Source of the DNA: Minisyncoccota bacterium
GTDB lineage: Bacteria > Patescibacteriota > Minisyncoccia > Phycocordibacterales > UBA9973
Length of the DNA: 64,000 nt
Direction of reading: 5' to 3'
Assembly: GCA_041662205.1 (NCBI GenBank)
Contig: JBAZSZ010000001.1
Coordinates: forward strand, 81,973-145,972
The notes beneath the pieces are model-generated. The model searched no databases, was not told the origin of the DNA, and saw only the letters and a list, made by a program, of their open reading frames with translations. Numbering within the stretch: the stretch's first letter is position 1; every line of letters starts with the position of its first letter. Below, in pieces: positions 48,252-57,510 of this stretch. Position numbers and translations under genes: made by a program.

Positions 48252-49634
48252 ATGAAAAAACTAATTTTAACTCTTTCGAGTTTTATCTTTTTATTTTTAG
48301 GATGTAAATTAGTAAATGCTAATGTAATTATAAACGAAGTAAAAATATCACCGACCGAAGATAGATTTATTAAGCTTTACAATCAAGACAATACTGAAGT
48401 TGATTTAACAAATTGGTATATACAAAGAAAAACACAAACTGGAACCAGTTTTAATTCTTTAGTTACAAAGACTTATTTTGAAAACAAAAAAATTAGTGCA
48501 AATGGTTATTTTTTAATTTCTCGTACCCAAATAGAGAATTCTGATATTGTTATTGATGGTTTGACACTTACTGAATCAAATGTCATCCAACTTAAAAACT
48601 CAAACGGTGAAGTCGTTGATAAAGTTTGTTGGGGAGAGGTGGATAGTTGTAGTAATCTTAATCCAGCTTCAGGTGAAAGTATCCTTATGGCTGATCATAC
48701 TTCATCTTCTGTGCCGGCAATTGAAACTTCTTCTTCAGATTCCGATATTACAGCGTCCAACGATGATTCTCCTGCAATGCAATCAAAACCCAAAGTATAT
48801 GAAAATCCCACCATGAAAGTAAAAATTTTAGCCAATGCTTTAGCTTTTACTGGGCAACCTCTTGAAATAAAAACTAATGTTTTTGGATTTTCAAATGAAA
48901 ATGTTGTTCTTGGTAGGGCTTCTTGGAATTTTGGTGATGGTGGTTCATTTGATCAAATAAATAATTTTGTAAAGTTTTCTCATATTTATTATTATCCAGG
49001 TGAGTATGTTTTATTTTTGGAATATTATCAAAATAGTTTTTCAAAAACTCCTGAGGCTATAAGTAAAATGATAATAAAAGTACTTCCCACGACTGTTACT
49101 ATTTCCAAGGTGGGGGATGTAAAAGATTTTTTTATCGAACTTTCAAATAATGCCAGTTCAGATATAGATATTTCAAGTTGGGTTATAAATGCAAATGGAA
49201 AAATTTTTATTTTGCCTAAAAATAGTGTGATTATGTCTAAAAAACAAATGACTATTTCTGGTAGGATAACTGGATTTAATTATGGAGATCAAAATAATTT
49301 AAAACTTTATTCTGGAACGGGTGAATTAATATATGACTACAACATAGGAATACAACCCCCTAAATCTCCCTTATCGAGGGGACTTTCTACTGGAATTTCC
49401 TCCTCTGATAAGGGGAGGTTGGGAGGGGTTATTTCTCCAGCATTTGAACCGCTGGGAGCTGAGGTTTTGCAGAGTAACGTTATAAATAGTGAAAGTACAA
49501 GCACATCATCTATGCCTATTATTCCTATTGCTTCTTTTATTTTTATCGGAGCTTCGGCTTCTGCAGTTTATTTTATTCGTCGAAAAAAAGTTATAAGAGA
49601 GAGTGGAGATGATTTTGAAATTTTAGATGAATAA
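48252..49634 (+). CDS. Surface protein with lamin-tail and PKD-like domains and C-terminal TM anchor
   Basis: Signal; VIINEV...FIKLYN...VDLTNW; WNFGDG...HIY..PG.Y; C-terminal TM then RRKK. Confidence 0.75.
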   Translation: MKKLILTLSSFIFLFLGCKLVNANVIINEVKISPTEDRFIKLYNQDNTEVDLTNWYIQRKTQTGTSFNSLVTKTYFENKKISANGYFLISRTQIENSDIVIDGLTLTESNVIQLKNSNGEVVDKVCWGEVDSCSNLNPASGESILMADHTSSSVPAIETSSSDSDITASNDDSPAMQSKPKVYENPTMKVKILANALAFTGQPLEIKTNVFGFSNENVVLGRASWNFGDGGSFDQINNFVKFSHIYYYPGEYVLFLEYYQNSFSKTPEAISKMIIKVLPTTVTISKVGDVKDFFIELSNNASSDIDISSWVINANGKIFILPKNSVIMSKKQMTISGRITGFNYGDQNNLKLYSGTGELIYDYNIGIQPPKSPLSRGLSTGISSSDKGRLGGVISPAFEPLGAEVLQSNVINSESTSTSSMPIIPIASFIFIGASASAVYFIRRKKVIRESGDDFEILDE

Positions 49635-49696
49635 GGCTTTGAAATAAGGGTTTTTTTTGTTAGAATCATTATAGGACATAAATTGTCCTTTTTTAT

Positions 49697-51466
49697 ATGG
49701 AAAGAGATTATTCAAATTTGCACATCGGACTAGTGCTTAAATATTATTGGCAAGTAATTAGGAATTTTAAATTTTCCTTTTTTTGTGTTTTTATATTTAC
49801 GACACTTTATTCTATTCTTGATATTTATATACCACTTCAATTTTTAAAGCTTTGGAATGTTTTAAGTACTAATAATTTTGCTGTCATTTCAACAGCTAAG
49901 TCAATAATTATTTTAATCCTGATTTTAGGATTAGTCCGTTGGGCTCTTGCTAGATCTTCTGGATTTTGTTTATCTTATTTTGAGGCTGGAGTAATGGCAG
50001 GTTTACGAGAACAAGCATTTTCTTATATGATTGGCCATTCTCATTCTTTTTTTGCCAATAATTTTGCAGGTTCATTAACCAGAAAAATAAACAAATATGC
50101 CGGTGCTTTTGAAAGATTAACAGATAAAATGGCCGCTGATGGGTTGCCACTTTTTGTTCGTGGTATTGGTACATTTTTTGCAGTTTACTCTTTAATTCCG
50201 AAATATGCTTATATATTAGGAATATTTTGCTTAGTTTTTTTAATAACCGCTTTTATTTATATTCGATTTAAAATTAAATATGATGTGATTGCTGCTTTGG
50301 CTGATACTAAAACCACTGGAGTTTTAGCTGATGCTGTTGGCAATCATTCTTCAATCCAAATTTTCACTGGTCATTTATATGAAGAAAATCGCACTAAAGA
50401 CATAATACAAAAACAACGCAAAGCCACTGTTTTTAATTGGTATTTATGGGAAGGACTTAATGCTATTCAGGGCTTTTATACAGTTATTATTAATTTCATT
50501 ATTTTTTGGGTTGCGCTTGGTGACTGGATGCTTTCTATTGTTACTTTACCTTTTATCGTGTTACTTCAAAGTTACTTAGTACGTTTGGTTGATAGCTTAT
50601 GGAGCTTTGGAGGCATCGTTCGTACTTTTTATAATAGTTTTGCTGATGCCCAAGAAATGGCTCTTGTGTTAAATAAACCATATGATATCAGTGATAATGT
50701 GGAAAAAGTTGCCGAAAATATAAAAGGAGAAATTGTTTTTAATAATGTGACATACTCATACAAGAATAATGATAATAAGGTATTGGATAATTTTTCTTTA
50801 ACTATACCGAGAGGGCAGAAGATTGCTGTTGTTGGTTCTTCGGGGGCAGGGAAAACGACACTCGTTCGTCTTCTTATGAGATTATTTAATATTTCTTCTG
50901 GAGAGATTATGATCGACGGAATTAATATTAGTAAAATTTCTCAAGAAAATCTTCGAGAACAAATATCTTTTGTTCCGCAAGACCCCGTTCTTTTTCATCG
51001 CACTTTAATGGAAAATATACGTTATGGCAGACGAGACGCTACAGATGAAGAAGTTTTAAAAGCTGCCACACTTGCGCATTGTGATGAGTTTATCGAATCT
51101 TTGCCCTTTCGCTATGAGACATATGTAGGGGAACGGGGGATAAAACTTTCTGGTGGAGAGCGTCAGCGGGTAGCCATCGCTCGCGCCATTATTAAAAATG
51201 CCCCGATTCTTATTTTAGATGAAGCGACATCTTCTCTGGATTCTCATTCTGAATCCTTAATTCAAGATGCTCTTACAAAACTTATTGATAATAAAACTAC
51301 TATCGTTATTGCCCATCGACTTTCCACCATTAGACAAATGGATAGGATTATTGTGTTAGAGAATGGGAAAATAGTCGAAGATGGGGTTCACGATGAGCTA
51401 ATAAATAAAAAAGATGGATTTTATAAAAAATTGTGGGATCTTCAAGCGGGGGGATTTTTAGATTAA
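49697..51466 (+). CDS. ABC exporter, fused permease/ATPase
   Basis: GSSGAGKTT, LSGGERQR, LDEATS. Confidence 0.92.
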   Translation: MERDYSNLHIGLVLKYYWQVIRNFKFSFFCVFIFTTLYSILDIYIPLQFLKLWNVLSTNNFAVISTAKSIIILILILGLVRWALARSSGFCLSYFEAGVMAGLREQAFSYMIGHSHSFFANNFAGSLTRKINKYAGAFERLTDKMAADGLPLFVRGIGTFFAVYSLIPKYAYILGIFCLVFLITAFIYIRFKIKYDVIAALADTKTTGVLADAVGNHSSIQIFTGHLYEENRTKDIIQKQRKATVFNWYLWEGLNAIQGFYTVIINFIIFWVALGDWMLSIVTLPFIVLLQSYLVRLVDSLWSFGGIVRTFYNSFADAQEMALVLNKPYDISDNVEKVAENIKGEIVFNNVTYSYKNNDNKVLDNFSLTIPRGQKIAVVGSSGAGKTTLVRLLMRLFNISSGEIMIDGINISKISQENLREQISFVPQDPVLFHRTLMENIRYGRRDATDEEVLKAATLAHCDEFIESLPFRYETYVGERGIKLSGGERQRVAIARAIIKNAPILILDEATSSLDSHSESLIQDALTKLIDNKTTIVIAHRLSTIRQMDRIIVLENGKIVEDGVHDELINKKDGFYKKLWDLQAGGFLD

Positions 51467-51478
51467 ATAATTTTATTT

Positions 51479-53308
51479 ATGGATTTAAAACACATTCGAA
51501 ATTTTAGTATCATCGCTCACATTGACCACGGCAAAAGTACTTTGGCTGATAGAATGTTGGAGATCACACATACGATAGAAACACGTAAAATGCGGGATCA
51601 GGTTTTAGATTCTATGGATCTTGAGCGTGAAAGAGGAATTACTATCAAAATGCAACCAGTTCGCATGGAGTATGAGCTGGAAGGTCAAAAATACATTTTA
51701 AACCTTATCGACACTCCAGGCCACATTGATTTTTCCTATGAAGTATCCCGAGCCTTGAAGGCTGTGGAGGGATCAATCTTGCTCGTCGACTCGACTCAAG
51801 GAGTACAAGCGCAAACACTCACCACGCTCGCTATGGCTCGCGACAGCGGACTCAAGCTTATCCCTGTACTTTCTAAAATTGATTCACCACTATCTAGAGT
51901 TTCCGAGGTGAAAGAGGAAGTAGTGGAGCTTTTGAATTGTGACCCAGATGAGATTTTATTAGTTTCCGGACGCACTGGTGCAGGAGTACCCGAGCTTTTA
52001 CAAGAAGTTATCAAGCGAATCCCAGAACCAAAAGAAACTATTCTGTTTGGACATCCGGACTCTGGACGCGGGGCATCTGAAATAGTTCGTGCATTAGTTT
52101 TTGATTTTAAATATTCAAATCATCGAGGGGTGATAGTTTTTGTGCGAATTTTTGATGGAAAAGTTGCAAAGGGTGACAGCCTAATGTTTGCAGTTTCCGG
52201 TGAGAAATTTACTGCTCTTGAAGTTGGAACTTTTTCTCCAGAGGAAACCTCTCGTGATTTTCTTTCTTCTGGAGATACGGGTTATATTGTTACTGGTATA
52301 AAGAAGCCCGGCATAGCCTCCGTTGGGGATACTATTACTATGTCTAAAAATCCTCTGTTGGCCTTCGAGGGCTATATGCAACCCTTACCTGTAGTGTGGG
52401 CGAGCGTTTTTCCAGAAGATGCAGATGATTTTGCGGAATTAAAACTTGCTTTAGGGAAATTAAAACTTTCTGATTCAGCATTTTCATATGAAGAAGAATC
52501 TTCTGGCTCTTTAGGCCGTGGATTTAGATGTGGTTTTTTAGGGATGCTCCATTTGGAAATAATTACTGAAAGACTCAAAAGAGAATTTAATTTAGAACTT
52601 GTCGTTACAACCCCATCTATTACTTATGAAGTAACTAATAAGCAAGGTAAAAAAGAAAAAATATATTCTCCTTATTTTTTTCCAGATGATGGAAATATTG
52701 AAGATGTGCAAGAGCCTTGGGTGGATATAAAAATAATTAGTCCTTCTCCATACATTGGAGCCATTATGCAACTTTTATTTGAGCACGAAGCAGAGGTAGG
52801 GGAGACGGATAATTTTGGAGATAATAGGTCGTCAATCAGTGTTAAAATGCCTTTGCGTGAACTGATGCGTAATTTTTTTGATGAATTGAAAAGTGCTTCC
52901 TCAGGTTATGCTTCAATTTCTTATAAATTAAATGAAAACAGGAGAGCTGATGTGACTAGATTAGATATTTTAGTAGCAGATGAAATAGTTCCGGCCTTTT
53001 CTAGGGTTGTTTCTAAAAAGAGGGCTGAGATTGAGGCGGAAAATGCAGTTTTGAAATTAGAAGAGTTGCTACCAAGACAGATGTTCACTTTGAAAATTCA
53101 AGGTAAGGCATTAGGGCGCATTATTTCTTCTCGCACACTTTCTGGTATGAAAAAAGATGTAACTCAACATATGTATGGAGGAGATATCACTCGAAAAATG
53201 AAACTTCGAGAAAAACAAAAGAAAGGTAAAAAGAAAATGAAGGAAAGAGGACGAGTAAATATTCCTCAGGATGTATTTTTGAAGATGATGCGATCCGGAG
53301 AAAAATAA
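51479..53308 (+). CDS. lepA: Elongation factor 4
   Basis: IAHIDHGKSTLADR, ERGITIK, GFRCGFLGMLH, YGGDITRK.KL. Confidence 0.96.
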   Translation: MDLKHIRNFSIIAHIDHGKSTLADRMLEITHTIETRKMRDQVLDSMDLERERGITIKMQPVRMEYELEGQKYILNLIDTPGHIDFSYEVSRALKAVEGSILLVDSTQGVQAQTLTTLAMARDSGLKLIPVLSKIDSPLSRVSEVKEEVVELLNCDPDEILLVSGRTGAGVPELLQEVIKRIPEPKETILFGHPDSGRGASEIVRALVFDFKYSNHRGVIVFVRIFDGKVAKGDSLMFAVSGEKFTALEVGTFSPEETSRDFLSSGDTGYIVTGIKKPGIASVGDTITMSKNPLLAFEGYMQPLPVVWASVFPEDADDFAELKLALGKLKLSDSAFSYEEESSGSLGRGFRCGFLGMLHLEIITERLKREFNLELVVTTPSITYEVTNKQGKKEKIYSPYFFPDDGNIEDVQEPWVDIKIISPSPYIGAIMQLLFEHEAEVGETDNFGDNRSSISVKMPLRELMRNFFDELKSASSGYASISYKLNENRRADVTRLDILVADEIVPAFSRVVSKKRAEIEAENAVLKLEELLPRQMFTLKIQGKALGRIISSRTLSGMKKDVTQHMYGGDITRKMKLREKQKKGKKKMKERGRVNIPQDVFLKMMRSGEK

Positions 53309-53309
53309 A

Positions 53310-53355
53310 CCCCCACCCCAGGGATAGGGGAATTCCCCTATCCCTGGGGTGGGGG
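53310..53355. repeat. Perfect 46-bp palindrome related to 38669..38716
   Basis: CCCCCACCCCAGGGATAGGGGAATTCCCCTATCCCTGGGGTGGGGG. Confidence 0.95.
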
Positions 53356-53362
53356 GAAGAAT

Positions 53363-53470
53363 TTATCTAAAAATTGGCGAGTAGAGCAATATCATACTGA
53401 TTATAATGAGGATGCTCACGACTGCCCAAGCTATTTGTATTTTCTTTTGATGTTTTTTGTTGAAAAGCAT
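53363..53470 (-). CDS. 35-aa single-TM microprotein (not in ORF track)
   Basis: MLFNKKHQKKIQIAWAVVSILIIISMILLYSPIFR; TGaTATATT-N6-ATG upstream. Confidence 0.6.
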   Translation of the reverse strand: MLFNKKHQKKIQIAWAVVSILIIISMILLYSPIFR

Positions 53471-53489
53471 ATACTGAATATATCATATT

Positions 53490-53864
53490 ATGAGAAATTT
53501 TCAAGAAAAAAGAGGTTGGAGAAATATAGTCCAATCAAAACCGTTTTTGATACTTTTTGGTATTGTGATACTATTTTTTTCTTGGAATGTTTTTACTTTT
53601 TGGAATAAAATGCAAGAAACGGTAAAAAATAAAAAAATAGTTGAAGATAAAATTGCTTTATTAGAAAAACAAAAAGGAGAAATATCTTCTGAAATAAATA
53701 GTTTAAATACAATAGAAGGTAAAGAGAAGTTTTTTCGTGAAAATTTAGGTTTAGTAAAGGAAGGAGAAGGTGTGACCGTAGTAGTTGAAGATAAAAACCC
53801 ACCCATTACTTCAAAACCAATATCTTCAGGATTTTGGTCCTTTTTTACAAATTTGTTTAAATAA
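53490..53864 (+). CDS. Septum formation initiator (FtsB/DivIC family)
   Basis: TM plus coiled coil plus EKFFRENLGLVKEGE. Confidence 0.75.
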   Translation: MRNFQEKRGWRNIVQSKPFLILFGIVILFFSWNVFTFWNKMQETVKNKKIVEDKIALLEKQKGEISSEINSLNTIEGKEKFFRENLGLVKEGEGVTVVVEDKNPPITSKPISSGFWSFFTNLFK

Positions 53865-53885
53865 TATTCATGATATAATAAAGTT

Positions 53886-54893
53886 ATGAAAATAATATTT
53901 TTTGAAGTACCGAAGATAGATCAGGCTTTTTTTTCTCAATCTTTTAGTGGGATGGAGGTTTCTTTTTTTGAAGAAAAATTAAATGAAAATAGTATTGAAA
54001 AAGCAAAAGAGGCGGATATTATCTCTGTTTTTGTTGCTTCTACTGTAAATAAAAATGTCATAGATGCAATACCAAATTTAAAGTTTATTGCTACTCGTTC
54101 GACAGGATTTGACCACATAGATTGTGCCTATGCGGAAACTAAAGGAATAAAGGTTTCTAATGTGTCTGCTTACGGTTCTCACACTGTGGCAGAGTTTGCT
54201 TTCACTTTAATGCTAGGTCTTTCGAGAAATATTATAAAAGCAAATAACTACATCACAGAATCTTTAGATTTTAATTATTTTCCATATATGGAAGGTTTTG
54301 ATTTAAATGAAAAGACGCTTGGTATAATCGGTACAGGAAAGATAGGAAAAAATGTAGCAAAAATCGCCAAAGGTTTTAATATGAATGTCGTTGCTTATGA
54401 CGTATATCCAGACTTAGCTTTTGCTAAAGAAAATAATTTTACTTATAAAAGTTTAAGAGAAGTCGTCTCTCTCTCTGATATCATAACCTTACACACTCCT
54501 TATAGTAAAGGTGCTGGTTATTTAATAAATAAAGAAAATATTTCTTTGATGAAAAAAGGAGTGTTTTTAATCAATACAGCTCGTGGGGAACTCGTAGATA
54601 CTGAGGCACTTGTCTCTGGTTTAAAAGAGGGAATCATTGCTGGTTTTGGGGCAGATGTATTAGAAGACGAGAAGCCGATGAAAGAAGGGTTAGGTTTTTT
54701 GACAAGTGGCAAAGCAACAGAGGAAGAAAAAAAGATAATTAATTTTAATCATGAATTGATGAAAATGCCTAATGTAATTATCACTCCTCATGTTGCTTTT
54801 TATACTCGTGAAGCTGTGGCTTCAATAAAACAAACGACCATAGATAATATCAAAAGTTTTTTGGCAGGGAGTCCAATAAATTTGGTAAAATAA
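53886..54893 (+). CDS. D-2-hydroxyacid dehydrogenase (D-lactate dehydrogenase-like)
   Basis: RSTGFDHID, VAEF, GTGKIG, INTARG, DVLEDE, TPHVAF. Confidence 0.9.
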   Translation: MKIIFFEVPKIDQAFFSQSFSGMEVSFFEEKLNENSIEKAKEADIISVFVASTVNKNVIDAIPNLKFIATRSTGFDHIDCAYAETKGIKVSNVSAYGSHTVAEFAFTLMLGLSRNIIKANNYITESLDFNYFPYMEGFDLNEKTLGIIGTGKIGKNVAKIAKGFNMNVVAYDVYPDLAFAKENNFTYKSLREVVSLSDIITLHTPYSKGAGYLINKENISLMKKGVFLINTARGELVDTEALVSGLKEGIIAGFGADVLEDEKPMKEGLGFLTSGKATEEEKKIINFNHELMKMPNVIITPHVAFYTREAVASIKQTTIDNIKSFLAGSPINLVK

Positions 54894-54898
54894 ACCCT

Positions 54899-56248
54899 AT
54901 GACTAATCATTGGATTAAAAATTTTGATCAGTTAGCAATGACTGAAAATAGGAAAAATGCGCTAGAGATAATGGAAGCTGGTCTTGATGCTATCAATACA
55001 AGGAAAGTGATAAAAAACAAAATAAAACTTGAAAATAATATTTTAACTGTAAATGGTGAGAATTTTGATTTAAATAAATTCAAAAATATAAAAATTGTTG
55101 GTTTCGGTAAATCCTCTTGCGATGGGGCTCTGGCATTAGAAGAAATTTTAGGATCTAGGATAAAAGAAGGAGCAGTTATAGGGCTTTGCAAAGTGAACAC
55201 TCTGCATATCGAGACTTTTGTGGGGACACATCCTAGGCCGAGTGAGGTAAATGTTTCTGCTGGAAAAAAAATATATGAAATAATAAAAGATTCGAATGTT
55301 GATGATTTGATCATTGTCCTTGTTTCTGGCGGCGGTTCAGCTCTTCTTTGTTATCCTGAGAGTGAATATACAGAAGGGGCAAAGCTTTATGATTCATTTT
55401 TAGAATGCGGGAAAACAATAAAAGAGATGAACACAATCAGAAAGCATTTATCTCTTTTAAAGGGTGGTGGTTTAGCAAAGTTAGCTTATCCTGCGACAGT
55501 TATCGGTCTTATCTTTTCTGATGTTCCTGGGGATGATTTTAGTGATGTGGCTTCGGGGGCAACCTATAAAGATGAAACTACCATAGAGGATGTAAAAAAA
55601 ATTATTAACGAAAATAATTTAGGAGAATTTATTTTAATTGAAACTCCAAAAGAAGATAAATATTTTGAGAAAGTTCATAATTTTGTTTTAGTTTCAAATA
55701 AAACTGCCGTGGAAGCCATGGCTAAAGCTGCGCAAGAATTTAATTTTAAAACTAATATTATTTCAACTAATTTGTATGATGAAGATGAAAAAGCGATAAA
55801 AAAAATATTTTCCAATCAAGACAAAACCAATGAAGGGTTTTCTCAGGTCCTCGGTTTTCAGGGTCCCTATCCCGGCCAGACCATTCAAAAACCCTTCATT
55901 GGTTTTGTCCAACTTGCTGCTGGCGAGCCGAGTATCAAAATTTCTTCTTGTGGAGGCAAAGGAGGCAGGAATCTACATATGGGATTGGAAGTTATTAAAA
56001 TGAAAACGGTGAACGATGACTCTGTTTTTATCTCTTTTGCGAGTGATGGTATGGACAATAGCGATGTCGCTGGAGCCATAGTGGATGTAGAAACCATTAA
56101 AAAAGCTGAAAAGCTAGGTTTAAATGTTGATGATTATTTAAAAAGGTTTGATTCTTATGATTTTTTCCAAAAAACTGGTGATATGATTATTACTGGTCCG
56201 ACAGGGGCGAATGTTTCTGATTTAATGATTTTGTTAAATAAAAAATGA
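54899..56248 (+). CDS. Glycerate 2-kinase (TtuD/MOFRL family) with a 30-aa in-frame insertion
   Basis: GFGK, HPRP, SGGGSAL, RKHLS..KGG.L, SDVPGD, GGRN, DG.D, GPTG.NV.D. Confidence 0.88.
   Translation: MTNHWIKNFDQLAMTENRKNALEIMEAGLDAINTRKVIKNKIKLENNILTVNGENFDLNKFKNIKIVGFGKSSCDGALALEEILGSRIKEGAVIGLCKVNTLHIETFVGTHPRPSEVNVSAGKKIYEIIKDSNVDDLIIVLVSGGGSALLCYPESEYTEGAKLYDSFLECGKTIKEMNTIRKHLSLLKGGGLAKLAYPATVIGLIFSDVPGDDFSDVASGATYKDETTIEDVKKIINENNLGEFILIETPKEDKYFEKVHNFVLVSNKTAVEAMAKAAQEFNFKTNIISTNLYDEDEKAIKKIFSNQDKTNEGFSQVLGFQGPYPGQTIQKPFIGFVQLAAGEPSIKISSCGGKGGRNLHMGLEVIKMKTVNDDSVFISFASDGMDNSDVAGAIVDVETIKKAEKLGLNVDDYLKRFDSYDFFQKTGDMIITGPTGANVSDLMILLNKK
55820..55909. mobile_element. 90-bp MITE-like element in-frame in the glycerate kinase gene
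   Basis: Perfect 22-bp terminal inverted repeats GACAAAACCAATGAAGGGTTTT; flanking CAA direct repeat. Confidence 0.75.
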
Positions 56249-56249
56249 A

Positions 56250-57491
56250 ATGGAAAATAAAATTACAAAAATAATAGCTGAAGAAATAAAAGATTCGAGA
56301 GGGAATCCGACTTTGAAGGTTAAGGTATTTGTAGGCAATACGGAAGATGATTTTTCTGACCCATCTGGAGCTTCGACAGGCATTCATGAAGCTCATGAAT
56401 TACGTGATTTAGATGGTAAGGGTGTACAGAATGCTTTAGAGCAAGTAAATAATGTAATCGCTCCAGCTTTGGTTGGTCAAGATGTTTCAAATCAAAAAGA
56501 AATAGACAGAATCATGATTGAATTAGATGGTACACCTAATAAAGACAAATTAGGCGGAAACTCAATGATTGGAGTTTCTATTGCTTGTGCTAAGGTTGCA
56601 GCGAAAGTTTCTGGTTTAGAAACTTTTGAATATTTGAGAACCCTTAGACTGAGCTTGGGGCAGGCACAAGCAGAAATAAAACCTTCCCGCAAAACGCCGT
56701 ATTTGTATATGAATTTAATTAATGGTGGGAAACACGCAAAAAATAATTTAGCCTTCCAAGAATATCATATTGTACCTAATACAGAAAATATAAAAGAGGC
56801 TATAGAAATCGGAAAAAACATAGACAATACGTTAAAGGAAATAATCTTGAAAGATTTAGGGGAAGGATCTTTGGTCATGGGTGACGAGGGAGGTTTCGCC
56901 CCGCAAATTTCAGATATTAGAAAACCACTTTTTTATTTAAGAGAGGCGATCAAACAAAATAATTTAGAAGAAAAAGTAAGACTGGCTTTAGATGTGGCTT
57001 CTTCTTCTTTTTACAAAAATAATTTTTATAAAATTGATGGTAAGGATGTATTAAAAGAAGAATTATTGGATATTTATATTTCTCTTTTTAAAGAATTTAA
57101 TTTACTTTCGATTGAAGATCCATTCAATGAAGAAGATTTTGAAAGTTTCGCAAAATTAAAAGAACAAAATGATGATCTTTATGTAGTGGGGGATGATTTA
57201 ACTGTGACAAATGTTTTACTTCTTAAAAAAGCGATAGAGCATAAAAGCATTAATGCTATGATTATTAAGCCGAATCAGATCGGAACACTTTCAGAGACAT
57301 TAGAAACCATGAAATTAGCTCGAGAACATGATGTAGAATTGATTATTAGTCACCGAAGCGGGGAAACAAATGATGACTTTATTGCAGATTTGGCTTTTGC
57401 TTTTCATTGTTTTGGTTTAAAATCTGGCGCTCCCACAAAAATAGAAAGAATGGTAAAATATGAGAGATTAATAAAGATTATAAATTATTAG
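56250..57491 (+). CDS. eno: Enolase
   Basis: DSRGNPT, PSGASTG..EA, GDEGGF, IEDPF, GDDL.VTN, KPNQIG, SHRSGET. Confidence 0.95.
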   Translation: MENKITKIIAEEIKDSRGNPTLKVKVFVGNTEDDFSDPSGASTGIHEAHELRDLDGKGVQNALEQVNNVIAPALVGQDVSNQKEIDRIMIELDGTPNKDKLGGNSMIGVSIACAKVAAKVSGLETFEYLRTLRLSLGQAQAEIKPSRKTPYLYMNLINGGKHAKNNLAFQEYHIVPNTENIKEAIEIGKNIDNTLKEIILKDLGEGSLVMGDEGGFAPQISDIRKPLFYLREAIKQNNLEEKVRLALDVASSSFYKNNFYKIDGKDVLKEELLDIYISLFKEFNLLSIEDPFNEEDFESFAKLKEQNDDLYVVGDDLTVTNVLLLKKAIEHKSINAMIIKPNQIGTLSETLETMKLAREHDVELIISHRSGETNDDFIADLAFAFHCFGLKSGAPTKIERMVKYERLIKIINY

Positions 57492-57510
57492 TAGTAAATA
57501 AGAATTATTT

